The position numbers and the translations under genes are program-made. DNA of 64,000 bases, taken from contig JAKIMF020000004.1 of assembly GCA_022605425.2 (NCBI GenBank), positions 620,001 through 684,000 of the forward strand, in the 5' to 3' direction. Below are positions 15,101-27,419 of the stretch, piece by piece (position 1 is the stretch's first letter; every line of letters starts with the position of its first letter). Source of the stretch: Hamiltosporidium tvaerminnensis FI-OER-3-3. Lineage: Eukaryota; Fungi; Microsporidia. The notes under the pieces were generated by a model. It worked only from the letters and a program-made list of their open reading frames with translations, was not told the origin of the DNA and searched no databases.

Positions 15101-16186
15101 AGACATTTAATAAGCACAGAATTTAAGGTATTTTATATTATTATCGAAGTAGAACGCAGATATTTATTAAATTCTACGTTGTGTAACATTTCATCTTTTA
15201 ACAATGAACTTTTGAAAGACGGTATTTGGCAAATAAAATTTGTGTCGGAATTAGGTGAAGGAGTCGGTCTTACTCATGATTTTTTTACTCAATTTGGAAA
15301 AGAAATTGACCGATGTTTATTTTTTGAGGCATTTAAAAATTTAGATTTTTATGATCGATCTAAGATTGAGAACGAAGATGACAATTTTATAAAAAAATTA
15401 TATTATTTTACTGGTCTAATTATGGGAAAAAGCATAATGATGAATACGATTTTGGGGTTTGATTTCATCGATTCATTTTATTTATATTTATTGAAGGATA
15501 CATTCACTGTCGAAGATCTTAAACATGTCGACAAAGAATTCTATTCAAATATTATTAAAACCAGAAACGAGACAAATATTGCATCACTTGAATTGACATT
15601 CAGTATATCTTTCGGTAATTCTGTTAATACTTTAGAATTTGTACCAAATGGCAGTAATATATCAGTTAATAATTCGAACATAGAGAAATATTTACAGATT
15701 GTCACAGAAATTAAACTTTTTAAGAACATGATTGTGTATTTAGAAGAAATGAAACGAGGATTTAAATTTATAATGAATGATTATTTAAGCGAAATGTTTA
15801 CGCTGGAGGAGTTAAAATTATTAATTGAAGGTGTACGTATCATAAACATTGATATCTGGTGTTCTTCAACAAAATATACTGGAGAGTTTCATACAAATCA
15901 TAAAGTTATAGTTTGGTTTTGGAAATTTCTTCGAGAATCGTGTGAGGAAACACAAAAAAAAATTTTATATTTTGTGACTGGGCTCGAAAAGCTACCAATA
16001 GATGGATTCCATTCTATTAAATTTTATGAAAATCCATTTACCATTGAATCTTCTTTCAATACAAATTTACTTCCTTATTCACAGACATGTGCAAATTTAC
16101 TGATTATTCCTCTATATGAAGATGAACAAACCTTGGTTAAAAATTTGATGATAGCAATAGAGATTACAGAATACGGTAGCATTTAA
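9140..16186 (+). CDS. Tom1/HUWE1-like HECT E3 ubiquitin ligase (~2348 aa) interrupted by one in-frame TAA at 12503-12505
   Basis: ORFs 9140-12505 and 12533-16186 share a frame and only the TAA separates them. N-terminal QTSLCRWSNLLKRYDDNL resembles the HUWE1/Tom1 DUF908 motif. C-terminal HECT: IKFVSELGEGVGLTHDFF, YFTGLIMGKS, VWFWKFL, YFVTG, catalytic LPYSQTCAN. Confidence 0.85.
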
Positions 16187-16761
16187 ATGATTAAAAATAT
16201 TTTATTACCTAAAAAATAATTTTACAAACTAATATTTACTCCGTAAAAAAAACGATTAATTTTTATATTTTTTAACTAAAAACCTGGCTAAATAACAAGA
16301 AATAAAATAATTTTTATAGCAGAATATTGCCTTGAAATCCCAAAAACAATTAGTCAATATTACCAAGGCATATCTAGCTACAATTTATTATAATTTAATT
16401 TAATTGCAACTTATATACGTTTTTCAGCTTTTTATATAATTAGATAAAAATTTTAGAATTAAATTATATAGACATTTTAAAAAAATAATGGCGATATTTA
16501 AGATTTTTCGGATCTTTGTGCTTTTATGGTAGAAAAAAAATCAACTAATAGTCTGCATAACCGTTTGACTGCTACGCGGCGCGAATGCGCTTCGTTCATT
16601 TGTCTCGAAAACAGCGACGCAGCGCTTTCGCGCTGCCAGTCACAGTGTGTCTTTTTGCTCCGTGGAATTGAACGTAGTCTGACCTCGCGAGTACTTTGTA
16701 ACACGAGTGTATTCTAAACTAACTTTTTACCGTTTTTATATATTATTTAAAAAATATAACC

Positions 16762-18444
16762 ATGTCACGGACTATTATTTCGGACGTTGATTCGATTGCT
16801 AGCGATTCTGAGGATGGTGAAATTGGTGGTGACACAAGTAGTGATGATAGCATTATTATAACTCATCGAAGAAAAGGACTGAGGATTGAAAGTGAGTCTT
16901 CTATCTCATCTTCAGAAGCAGAAGCAGAGGAAACACCAACTTTTACGAATATTCCTCCGACTAATGTGTTTTCCAAAGCAACAAATAATTTTTTCGAGAC
17001 TCCTGGACCTAGATGTGCGCCTCCGCCCGATGCTTCACCGGTAACATATTTCAATTTATTTTTTACCACATTACTCCTTGAAACCATTGTAAGGGAAACA
17101 AATCGATATGCTACCCAGTTTTTTGCCTCGCACACTGTTTTGAATAATTCTCGAGCAAAAAAGTGGACGCCGACAACGATATACGAAATCAAAGCCTTTA
17201 TTGCAGTCTTACTCGAAATGGGGATTACGAGAAGGCCAACAATTGATAGTTATTGGGCAACAGGTTCCCGGCAATTACCATGGTTTAGGACAATGTTTTC
17301 AAGGGATAGGTTTCAACTGATTTTGAAGTTTTTTCACTTGATTGACAATACGTCATTATTTGAACCAGGACAGCCGAATTATGACCCATGCGGCAGATTT
17401 GATATGCTTGTCAAACATGCAAATACTGTATTTCAGCGGCATTATATACCAAATCAACAATTATCTATCGAAGAGTCGTTAGTTGGTACTCACTGTCATT
17501 CTGCCATAAAACAATACATCCCAAACAAAAAACACCATAAATGGGGGATAAAATTTTGGATGTTGTGCGACTCGATTTCTAAATATTGCTTGGGTTTTTT
17601 TTGCTACAAAGGAGCTAAAAATACAGATGACAGAGATTTAGTACAAAAATATGGCCTTGGATTTACGGTTGCGCGAAAATTGCTTTCAACTGGCAATTAT
17701 CTGTTCAAGGGCTATCATCTGTTTACAGATAATTTTTACACAAGCTTACGCTTTGCCAAAGCCCTTTGAAACAAAATACTTATCTAACTGGAACAATTAG
17801 ACGTAACAGAAAAGAGATTCCTCCAGAAGCTAAGAAAGCAATCGTAGGAGAAGCGAAATACATGGCACATGAAAATGTATTGATGTGCTCTTTCAGGGAC
17901 AAAAAGTCCAAACCAAACCCAGTCATACTGATTTCATAGAATTCGGATACTAATAGTGTGACGATCAAGAAAAAGAAAGGGAATTTTGAATACGAAAAGA
18001 TGAAACCAAGCATGATTCATGACTACAATAAATACATGGGTGGTGTAGACGAGTGCGACAAAATGCTATACGTGTATTTAGACGAGCGAAGAACCCTCAA
18101 GTATTGGAAGAAAGTAGTATTCAACGTATTTGGAAGAATGGTGCTGAACTCATTATTTTATATGTTTCAAACACTACTGAAAAAAAATGAACCGGCTCAA
18201 ATTTACATCGAAAATTATTGACGACATCGAAAAGGAGTAGATGTACCATAAAAATAGCGTGTCAACACAACCATCTTCATCAACTAATAAATTTGCGCTT
18301 GAAAAATTACCGGGTCGTAACTTACGACAATGTGCGGTGTGTAGCAACAGAAGGAGCGGGATCAAGCGATCCCACCTTATTTGCGCTTGTTGTAAAAAAA
18401 GACTTCACGCTATTTGTGCGGCAAAACATAGTTGTAATACATAA
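16762..18444 (+). pseudogene. piggyBac (PGBD-like) transposase pseudogene
   Basis: Motifs MFSRDRF, LSIEESLV (catalytic D replaced by E), KWGIKFWMLCD, FTDNFYTS, YNKYMGGVDECD and a C-terminal Cys-rich domain CAVC..CACC..H..C. Three single-base losses in short homopolymers (~17766, ~18153, ~18185) and TAG stops at 17937 and 18238. Confidence 0.92.
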
Positions 18445-18512
18445 ATTTTTTAAGTAAGAGTCAGAATTTTTCACTCTCATGAAAACGATCCTTTACGTTC
18501 GGAAAAACACGC

Positions 18513-18550
18513 GGTAGTATCACATAATAATATTATTTTGTGATACTACC
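18513..18550. repeat. Near-perfect 38-bp palindrome in the piggyBac 3' subterminal region
   Basis: GGTAGTATCACA-t-AATAATATTATT-t-TGTGATACTACC. Confidence 0.85.
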
Positions 18551-21500
18551 TAGTGTATTATCGATAGTAATTGTTATCATGTATCACCTAGTGCCTACGC
18601 CGGAATCATTCGAAATCATTGATTCACGTGCTGATCATAAGAGAAAATCAATAAACTTTAAGTTATCTTTTTATAAATTTTAATTTTTAACGACCACTTG
18701 TTTTTCTATGTTATCAATAACACTTGTTACATTGTAGTTGTGCGAAACAATATATATATATAAAAAAAAATTGACAACATCAATTGAAAATAAGTCCCGC
18801 AGTTTTCGTGCGTTCTTGCAATAATTGCTTAGCAGCCAAACGGATAAGTTATTATAAATATATCTCTTATGTAAGTTTGAACTTTCAAACAGTGAATAAA
18901 TAAATAAAATATAAGTTTTTGAAATCGAAAATTATTAAAATACAAAAATGTATACTATAAAGATTTCTAGACAAGATAAAAAAAAATACGATTGCTAACC
19001 AATATTGGAAGTTACTATATGCGCGTTCAATAAAAATAAAAATTTGAAAATGTATTTATTTATAAAAGAATTTTATTTTCTTCAAATTTTTTTTCTATAT
19101 TTTAATAAGTTCTACAAATTTCAAACGTCTGCTTAAAATGACCAGAATTAAATAATACGAATATCTGAACCTATTCCATTAATATTTCTAACTATCAAGG
19201 CAAAATATTATACAAGCTTATAATTTGTATTTCTTCTAAAATCATTGTATAAATAGAATCGACAATATATCTAATAATTGCTCTATTTCATCCAGCCTCC
19301 AATTCAAGGATTTCTTGCAACAATGCACTTAACTTCAGGTACACCTATACGAATATATGAGTTCTTGAAAGAAATTTGCATTTTTATGTATCTTTTTACA
19401 TGTCCTGCAAATCATTGTAAAACATTATTATTCGAAACTTATTCACAAAAAACTATTCAATATATAATTATTACCAGTTATTTGATCAACGTGAGTACAT
19501 ATGGATTTGATTTTAGTACAAACAAATTGAGTTTATTGTAAAGGTTTTGATACAAATTCTATATTTGCTGTTGCATTCGGTTAAAAAAATATCTATTTGC
19601 AAAATATTACAAATTTTGGAGATCATCATAAACTTTAAACTTTCCGAATATTTTGGATTGTGTTTGTTTAAATAAAAATTTGGGTAATATTTCGAATGTA
19701 CAAATAAATTTTGAATTCATATAAACCTAATTTAGAGTTCTATTGTAAGGAACACCAATTCGTATCTGAAATAACTAAATAAGGAAATATTATAGCTAAA
19801 AATCTGTATATAGTTTGTTCTTATGGAATTCATGACTTGCAATTTCTTCGAATTTTCTTTTTTGGCTTTTTATACGTTTTCTTTTAATTTAAATCTATAA
19901 AGAATAATGTGAATGTTTGAAATTATAAAACGATAGAATACGAAGCTACAGAATAGCCTTTTTTAAGTGAAGTAGTATATTTTTTGATCAATATAGGATA
20001 ACTTAGCAGAATTCTTACTTTATTCATATTTTCATAAACAATTTCCGTGATGGCATCTTATTTTCTTTGCTCGTCTTTCCACAAAAAGTGTATATTAACA
20101 TATCTTCATAGACAAAATAAGCAAAATCATTGCATATTTTTGGAAATATTTAGCGAAATTGGGAACGGTTAGTTCATAAACTTAGGGAGCAAAAAATATT
20201 GTTTTTAAGGCGAATTATTAAGCATTTGTTCAAAATAATGTCATTTTCGGATTTTCTAAAAACCGTACAGTCTTATGATGTAATTTTTTTCCCCTTCGGG
20301 ATTTTTTAGTTTGTATTTGCCGAATTTATATTTTTGAGGCGAAATTTGTTAAGTTTGAGCTATTCTATAATATTACTACCAAATGATATAAATAATTCAT
20401 TGATAAGCAGAAATATATATCGTTTTTCAAAAAAAGGATATTCAGAAACCAATTTTTGCTTTTCTTATATACATCATATTTTTCTTGAAAATCTTAAATA
20501 TATTATTTGATGGAAATATTTGTAAGTTCAATTTCAAGATGATGCATTAATCCCAGCAGATTCTACAGTCTCGAAATGTTACTTTGTCTGCTTCTTACTG
20601 AAATAAAATTTTCTAATTATCATTTCTTAACCAAATGCATCAAAATTTTTTATAAGAAAATTACAGAATTAAGACGATCGAAGCTATAAAATAGGTATTT
20701 CGAAAACTATCTTTAATTTTTATAATTTACTTTCCAAAATAAAAAATACACTTTATTAGACTTAAAATAAATTTACTACAAGAATATTAATTCTCTAAAA
20801 ATCTGTTAGTAAAAACCTTTTTAGAACGTTATTATTCTTCACAAAAAAGAAAAGGAAAATATAATAATTAAATTTCGCAGAAAATATTAGGTATATTATA
20901 AATAATCAAGAGATCCTAGATAATCTAACTTGTATTTTTTGAATAATTTTATAACATACTTACAAATATCATGTTAATTTCAAAAAAGTTTAAATTGTAA
21001 GCTCGATCTTCGAATTATTAAAAATTAAATTAAAAATTACAATTTGAAGTGTTAAATCATATCTTATGTTAGGATCTTACTTTCAGCTAGAATAATTTTA
21101 AATTCAAAAAAAAGATCATTGAATCAAATTATTTAATTTTTCATTTATCTATATAATTTACTGAAAGTTGTAGATTTTTAAATTTGTAAGTAATTTGTGC
21201 ATCTTATGCTGAAAAATATAAATAATATTTCAAAAGCTATTTTAATGAAATATGATATTGGACAATTGAAATCAAAACAATTGTAATGATGTATTTACTG
21301 AGTTTATAAAGTTTATAATATCGACTTAATAAAACACTGACTTAATTTAATTCTGATATAGTTGGAATATCAGTGAAAACCCATTTGTTTTATATAAATT
21401 TGTCTCATGTAAGATAAACAATAGTTTTCGGTTCGGTCTTGGCAAAAGTCGCAAATAAAAATTTTGTAACATTAGTATTCTATTTACAAAAAAATTATGA

Positions 21501-22084
21501 AAAATGATTGCTTTATTTTGAATCTGGATGCCAAGTTTTCACTACTATGTAGGAAAATTTAAAAACAGAACCAGTTCGACTTTTTTCCAAAAAAACTTAC
21601 AATTTTCTATGAAAGTCACTATGCTAGTTTGCTATTTATTGTATTGTTGGAAATATAAAATGATTATTAACGGGTGGATTAATCTTTAATAGACAAATTA
21701 ATAATACAATTCTTTATTTTACCCAATTTGCAAAGAAATAGTCAAAAAATATCTACAAAATAGCGAATTTGAATCTATTATTTTGAATTAAATAGTAAAT
21801 CAAAGTAGAATCTTGATTCTTTGTTTTTAAATAAAATTATTTAAAGATCATATTAAGGCTTTCTTTAAATAAAGAAACATTTCAAGTCCATTTTTAATCT
21901 TCTTTTTTTGTTTTGTACACTGCGAATTTTTTTATTATACAAAACAAGTTATGTACCAAAGTATTATATTGTTGATTCGAAAAACATAACCAACATATAT
22001 TTTTTTATTTCATTGATTACAAAGCATCTTTTTAATTTAATCAATAGAAAAAATAATAAGCGCAATGCAAATCTTTATTCAAAA

Positions 22085-22423
22085 ATATCACAAATTTTTA
22101 AAACAGTGGCAAATGTTATATTTGTTTTCATGAGATTAACACATTTCTAGGTTTAACATAAATAACTGCTACCCCACACTCCATAAATACCCTCTGCAAT
22201 ACCTACATTCCAACGCCTTTCATCTAACACGTGTGTAGAACCTAACTAATGGGCGAGGCAGTTACCCGGAATTCGTTAATGTCCGTTGCATGAAGTGTGA
22301 TCGAAGGCCGAAACCCCCTGGGCTCCCCCAAGACTATGCAGCATTCCCACCTACTCTACACTTTCGGAACCCAATAAACTTCTAGCTAAGATATATTTCA
22401 GAGACTTACATGGGGTCCACCTA
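22085..22423. repeat. Repeat family X, copy 2 (left half only, probable internal-deletion derivative)
   Basis: Aligns to ~371-710 and ~26625-26960 and stops at ggggtccacc. A motif at ~22557-22615 resembles 1113-1180. Confidence 0.88.
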
Positions 22424-22948
22424 AAATATTTATAATATAATGAATATATAAATTAATATCTTAAATAATAAAATTCAAAGTTATAAAATTTAATCCAAAT
22501 TTTGATAGAAAAATACTTTAATTTAAGTAAAATAATATATTGTTTAAAAAATGACCAACTTCTCCGTGCTGCAGCTCTTTATGAACACCAGCATCTACAG
22601 TATATTATTTAATATATATATAATACAATATCATATATAAAAAGGGTAGATTAAAAATAGCAAAAAAACTGCTTTAATTAAAAAATATTAAAGACATATA
22701 ATGAACAGAAACTATTTATTATGACTTTTTAACATATTTTTTATAATAACTTAGAAATAAGAAAAATAAATTAAAAATTACAAAGAGATTGCACTAACCG
22801 TGTAATCTCATACTTACGAGTCTAAATTTTTTATAAGATAGTAAGATGAAATTTGTTAAATATATATTTAATAAAATGAAATTTAAATAGCTTTCAGAAT
22901 CGAATAAATATATTTAATCTACCGGAAATGTATAGAAAAATGTAAAAA

Positions 22949-24010
22949 TTACGTTTGTTTTAGACATATTGATTCCAATCCTGTATATTTAAATCTTTTC
23001 CCGTTATTATCATGCTTGTAAACATTTTTGTTGAACAATATATATTCACCAATTTCTAATTCTAATCCATTAAGTACAGAAATATATAAATCAATAGATT
23101 TTTCATTTATGACTTCTGTTTCTGTTATGAGATTTATACCTTCTTTTTCTAAATATATCAAAGAATTATTTTTTAACGAACCGCAATAAACTTTTGTACC
23201 ATTTGCTATAAAACAGGTATCGAAATATATAAAAAACATTTTGTTGTCTTTTTTATAAATGGAAATTTCATTAGAATTATTTTTTTCAATTCTTTCTTCC
23301 ATGTATTTAAGTATACTTTCCTCATAAGAAAATGCTTCTTTCATCCAATCGTAAAATAAATATTTTTTTATTCCGTTTGCAAAAACAACTTCGAAATAAA
23401 TTTGTGTATCTTTTTCTAAAAGTCTAGATAAAACCGATTCTTTAATTAAATATAAACAAGAAGATGAAATAGAAGTTTCTTTACCTTGAAGTGAATCTAA
23501 ATCATTGGTTTTAGAATAATCAAGTATAAATGAACATAACTCATCATATTTATTTCTTTTTTTGGGTATAAAATTATGAGATATTGGTAAAGTTATTGGA
23601 ACAGTATTATCTATAACATTTATGATTTCACATTTAATTTCTTTTTTCGTAATTTCTTCTATTTTTTTGTATTTTTTAGAAAGAATGTCTTTAAATTTCG
23701 AATTTAAATTTTCTGAAAACCATTTATTTACATGAAAAAAGGCGGTATTTTTTTTAATCTGTTTTCTTATATAATTCTGGTTATTCCATGAAGATCCGTC
23801 TGGAAATGAAATATCATATATAGAAGGAATAGAATTTTTCCCTATAAAACGGTTTTTATAAAACAGAAAATTTTCATATGAAAAATTAAGTGAAAATGTT
23901 TTCTTAGAATAATATCGTAAATTTTCTTTCTTTGGTATTTCAATTTTTGTAAGATTGTTTTCTTCATTTTCTTCAGAACTAGAAGAACATAATATATAAT
24001 TGTCAGACAT
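22949..24010 (-). CDS. Hypothetical protein of ~353 aa; possible divergent NARG2/ICE2-like
   Basis: Intact ORF (track 22949-24046). The second ATG (24010) follows AATTTACCC, so it is the preferred start. ISSSCLYLI and LELEIGEYILF..VYK weakly recall NARG2_C. Confidence 0.7.
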   Translation of the reverse strand: MSDNYILCSSSSEENEENNLTKIEIPKKENLRYYSKKTFSLNFSYENFLFYKNRFIGKNSIPSIYDISFPDGSSWNNQNYIRKQIKKNTAFFHVNKWFSENLNSKFKDILSKKYKKIEEITKKEIKCEIINVIDNTVPITLPISHNFIPKKRNKYDELCSFILDYSKTNDLDSLQGKETSISSSCLYLIKESVLSRLLEKDTQIYFEVVFANGIKKYLFYDWMKEAFSYEESILKYMEERIEKNNSNEISIYKKDNKMFFIYFDTCFIANGTKVYCGSLKNNSLIYLEKEGINLITETEVINEKSIDLYISVLNGLELEIGEYILFNKNVYKHDNNGKRFKYTGLESICLKQT

Positions 24011-24479
24011 AAATATGAGGGTAAATTCTAAATAGAAATTTTGCATTAAAAATACATATCGATTTCAAAAATATAAATTGAGAAGATTAAATATTTTCGC
24101 GTTCTAAAATACCAAGCCATATTTTCTATATAATTTTTAATTTTTATAACATTCATTATTTTTTATAAATTACTTTTTTTGCAAAACCTCTATGTTCTTA
24201 TGATTTCCTATTATTCTTATCTATCCTCTGATATCACACTGTTGCTCAATTTCTCCTATCCACACTATCTTAACATTTGATTTGAAATAATATATTAAGA
24301 CGTGGTAAATTTGGACATAATGGCAAATGAAATATATTTTTTTGTTTTTACTTCTTTTTTTTTTGCAGTTTTCTGGTTTTGTTTTTCTTAATGTTTTCAA
24401 AACGCAAAAAGTATTTTAAATATTTAGATAATGGCTTAACTAATATAAAACCCCATATAAATTTAGTCTAAACTTTAAC

Positions 24480-25100
24480 TTCTTCTTTTTTTTTATTTTT
24501 TTATTTGACACGTAAACAAACATATGTAGTAACTAAATGCTAAAGAATAAAGTGATAAAAGCAAGAAAGAAAAAGAGGTTCCGGCCAACATATTCGAAAA
24601 CAGAGTAAAATAATTGTGTTTAAGTCGGAAGATACAACAATGAAAATGTTACATATTTATGAATACTCAATTTAATTGACACTTAAAAAAAATATCTACG
24701 GAGCTTTTAGACAATTAAAAAGGCTTCACAGCCAATAAAAGATTCATTTTATTTATGTTTGATAATTTTGGTGTTCTAATGACAATACAATCTGATAACG
24801 GTCGAATTTCAAAAATACACTCCTTGGAGAGCCCATCGTTGACCTAAATATTTAGTATACATAGAAGAATATACAAAGCAATATTTACAGTCGTATTTAA
24901 CATGTAGATCAGGCTATAAAAATATTATTAGCAAATAAAGTGCATTTTTGATGAGAAAAAAATGATTTAAACATCTTAAAAAGTTTTTTATGCATACAAC
25001 TAAGCCTTAAATAGTATAAAAGGAAAAGTAGTATTTATACTTCTGTTAGATAGCCAAGATTTAATAATTCACTTTCTCGAAGCATAATAATTGAAAAGAA
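24480..25100 (+). mobile_element. Decayed Ginger2-like integrase fragment
   Basis: NFGVLMTIQSDNGR then a frameshifted FKNTLL at ~24764-24825; many stops. Confidence 0.55.
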
Positions 25101-25619
25101 GCAGGTATAACACGCCTTCTATTTGCATACGTTCGGTTGTAGTTATTTCAGATGAAAATGCAAAAGATACAATGTAGAAGTAATTGGCTTCCTGTTATGT
25201 TCTTAAATAATAAACTCAACTAGAAAAACCAACAATTGATATAATAACTTTAATATTGAGAAGTATAACAATTTAAAGGCATAGTAGAATTTAAATTTTG
25301 AAATTTTAAAGACAAAAAACCGGAAAATATGATTTTATTCAATTTTTGTCTTTTTGAGTAAGGTTTTAATGAAAAAAAGTTTGGCACGAATACAGAGTTA
25401 AAAGAGAAAATTTCTGTTTCATACAGTAATCAAATTTCTATTATGAAATGTAATTTTAATGAATAACAAGTTTGAAGTAAAAAATCATGAATTTGATATT
25501 CAAACAGTTTATAAATACATAAAAAAGCGTATTTGCATTTATTGTTTTTTTCAAATTTGAATCTTTGCACATTTTCTTACTATCCGGTAATAGTGGCAAT
25601 TTTTAACAGGTTTTTTTTT

Positions 25620-26560
25620 GGTGAAAACTTAAACTATGTAACTATAAAAAAAATTTCAATTTGATTCACACATTCGAGTTTAGAAGGATAATCACTTATT
25701 CTTTAAATATATGTGGGATTTGTAATAAAATATTGGAACAACCGAGTATATAAAAATATATATGCAATAAAAGTGGAATCTATTAGAAATAACCTAGGAT
25801 ATTTATATTTGCGGAAGTTTTTAGATCGCGAAAATTAATATTTGAAATGATTTTTAATTTAACGAATTAAATTTGCAATTGAGGAGAGACGATAAACACA
25901 TTAAAAATCTTCTTCTTGATAGTGAGCAAGTGAATTTTGTGTGAAAATAATTGTTTCGCTTTTTGGTGGAGTAAAAATCATACTATGATTTTAGTTGTTC
26001 TACGCAGAATTGTATAAGAAGCATAAGTTCTACAAAACTGTAATTTTTTTGCAATAAAAATATTTGTTGTTTTTGATGTACCGAGATTAAAAAAATTAAA
26101 CTTATGGAGAATTGTCATGAAAATGTATGGAAGCACATCCTTGTCCGGTTAGATTACAAGATGTGAGGCCTAAATGATACAAAAAATACCCTTTAAAAAA
26201 CAAAAAAACCAAGTAACAGGCTATACCTATTCTAATGACATTGAAGAATATATGTTAACCTATGAGTCGAAATATTTTAGCGAAAGTCTATTCGGTTCGA
26301 AAAGTGTAGAATATGTTGGAATTCTGCTGCTTTTGAGCGATTATAGTTGGCTTATAACTGCGATAAAATACCAGCCAGCAGATATTAACGAAATTCAAGA
26401 AATGCTTCGTTTAGTAGATGTTTCTTAAACATTTTTCGATTAAAAACTTCAGGAGTTATGTATTCAAAGGATACCAATGTGGTGTCGAGGAATATTAGTA
26501 CTCTATGTTAACTTAACTATACCTTAATGATGTGATAACAATATTTAATGGGCCATTTAG
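25620..26560 (+). mobile_element. Possible decayed Merlin/ISXO2-like transposase relic
   Basis: CGICNK zinc-finger remnant and QVTGYTYSNDIEEY (cf. GT.I.SD.W..Y); very degenerate. Confidence 0.25.
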
Positions 26561-26584
26561 TACAAAGAATGATATGTTTTTAAT

Positions 26585-27362
26585 TAAAAATTTATTAATT
26601 CTTGTTTTATAACGTTATTTAAAAGTATCACATCTTTTTACAATAGTGGCAAGTGTTATATTTGTTTTCATGACATTAACGCAGTTCTAGGTTTAACATA
26701 AATAACTGCTACCCCAACACTCGATCAGTACCCCCTGAGATATCTACATCCAAAAGCCTTTCATCAACCAGGTGTGTAGCATCTAATTAATAGGCGAGGC
26801 AGTTACCAGGAGTCGTTAATTTCCGTTACATAGAGTGTGATTGAAAGCTGAAGCCCCGCTGGGCTCCTTCAAGACTATGCAGCATTCCAACTTACTCTAT
26901 GCTTTCTAAACTTATACACTTCTAGCTAAAATTATTTCTTAAGCGTTCCTAAGGTTATCCTGGACATGCAATGTCATATCAAAAGGTATAACCTGATACT
27001 TAGCTTTCGCGGCGTTAAATGGTTTTTATTTTTATATCTCCCAGGCGCTAAGTCTTCAAACCCGAGTGAGCAAGGCTGGTTTCCATGCTTTTACATAAAA
27101 ATTAATTAAAATTTCAGCTGCGGTCTGCAATCTGGTTACATAAAAAACTACAATATAATTTGTAGAAAAAGTTTTTCCATTTCTTAGACCTCTCCTCCTC
27201 ATAACGACTCCCATGGAACAACCGAAGATGTAGTGTGGTTTTATTCCCACAAAAAATACCAAACAATGATCCTCATACCAGTTTCACAAACTCATTGCAA
27301 AGCAGAAAGTTTTTTATGTGGCTATCGACTCTCCACCCTTGTTTTATAACAATATTTACTAG
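26585..27362. repeat. Repeat family X, copy 3 (apparently complete core)
   Basis: Collinear with copy 1 over ~740 bp. The 13-mer cttgttttataac occurs near both ends (26601 and 27338). Confidence 0.9.
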
Positions 27363-27419
27363 TTTTTAATATTATATGAAAAAAAGTTCGTTTATTTAAT
27401 ATATTAATATAGCAACCCC

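Larger units (their letters stand above)
16561..18843 (+). mobile_element. Full-length piggyBac-superfamily DNA transposon (2283 bp), 14-bp TIRs, ATAA target-site duplication
   Basis: Left end ataa|CCGTTTGACTGCTA (16561-16574); right end TAGCAGCCAAACGG|ataa (18830-18843); one mismatch. Encloses the transposase pseudogene. GC is higher than in the flanks. Confidence 0.93.

Noticed and set aside
9140-16186. TAA/TAG reassigned to Gln (alternative genetic code)
   Set aside because: Over 2300 codons contain only one TAA despite extreme AT bias and many CAA codons. NOP2 and the HECT domain end at TAA exactly where homologues end.
19100-20700. Possible decayed gene-family pseudogene on the minus strand
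   Set aside because: Looks coding-like but has no open frame or motif I can support.
27056-27262. Small ORF inside repeat X
   Set aside because: The frame is broken by stops and indels in copies 1 and 4.
26603-27351. Repeat X as a canonical TG...CA solo LTR, or a Helitron ending CTAG
   Set aside because: No matching TSD, homology among copies extends past these points, and the other copies lack these termini.
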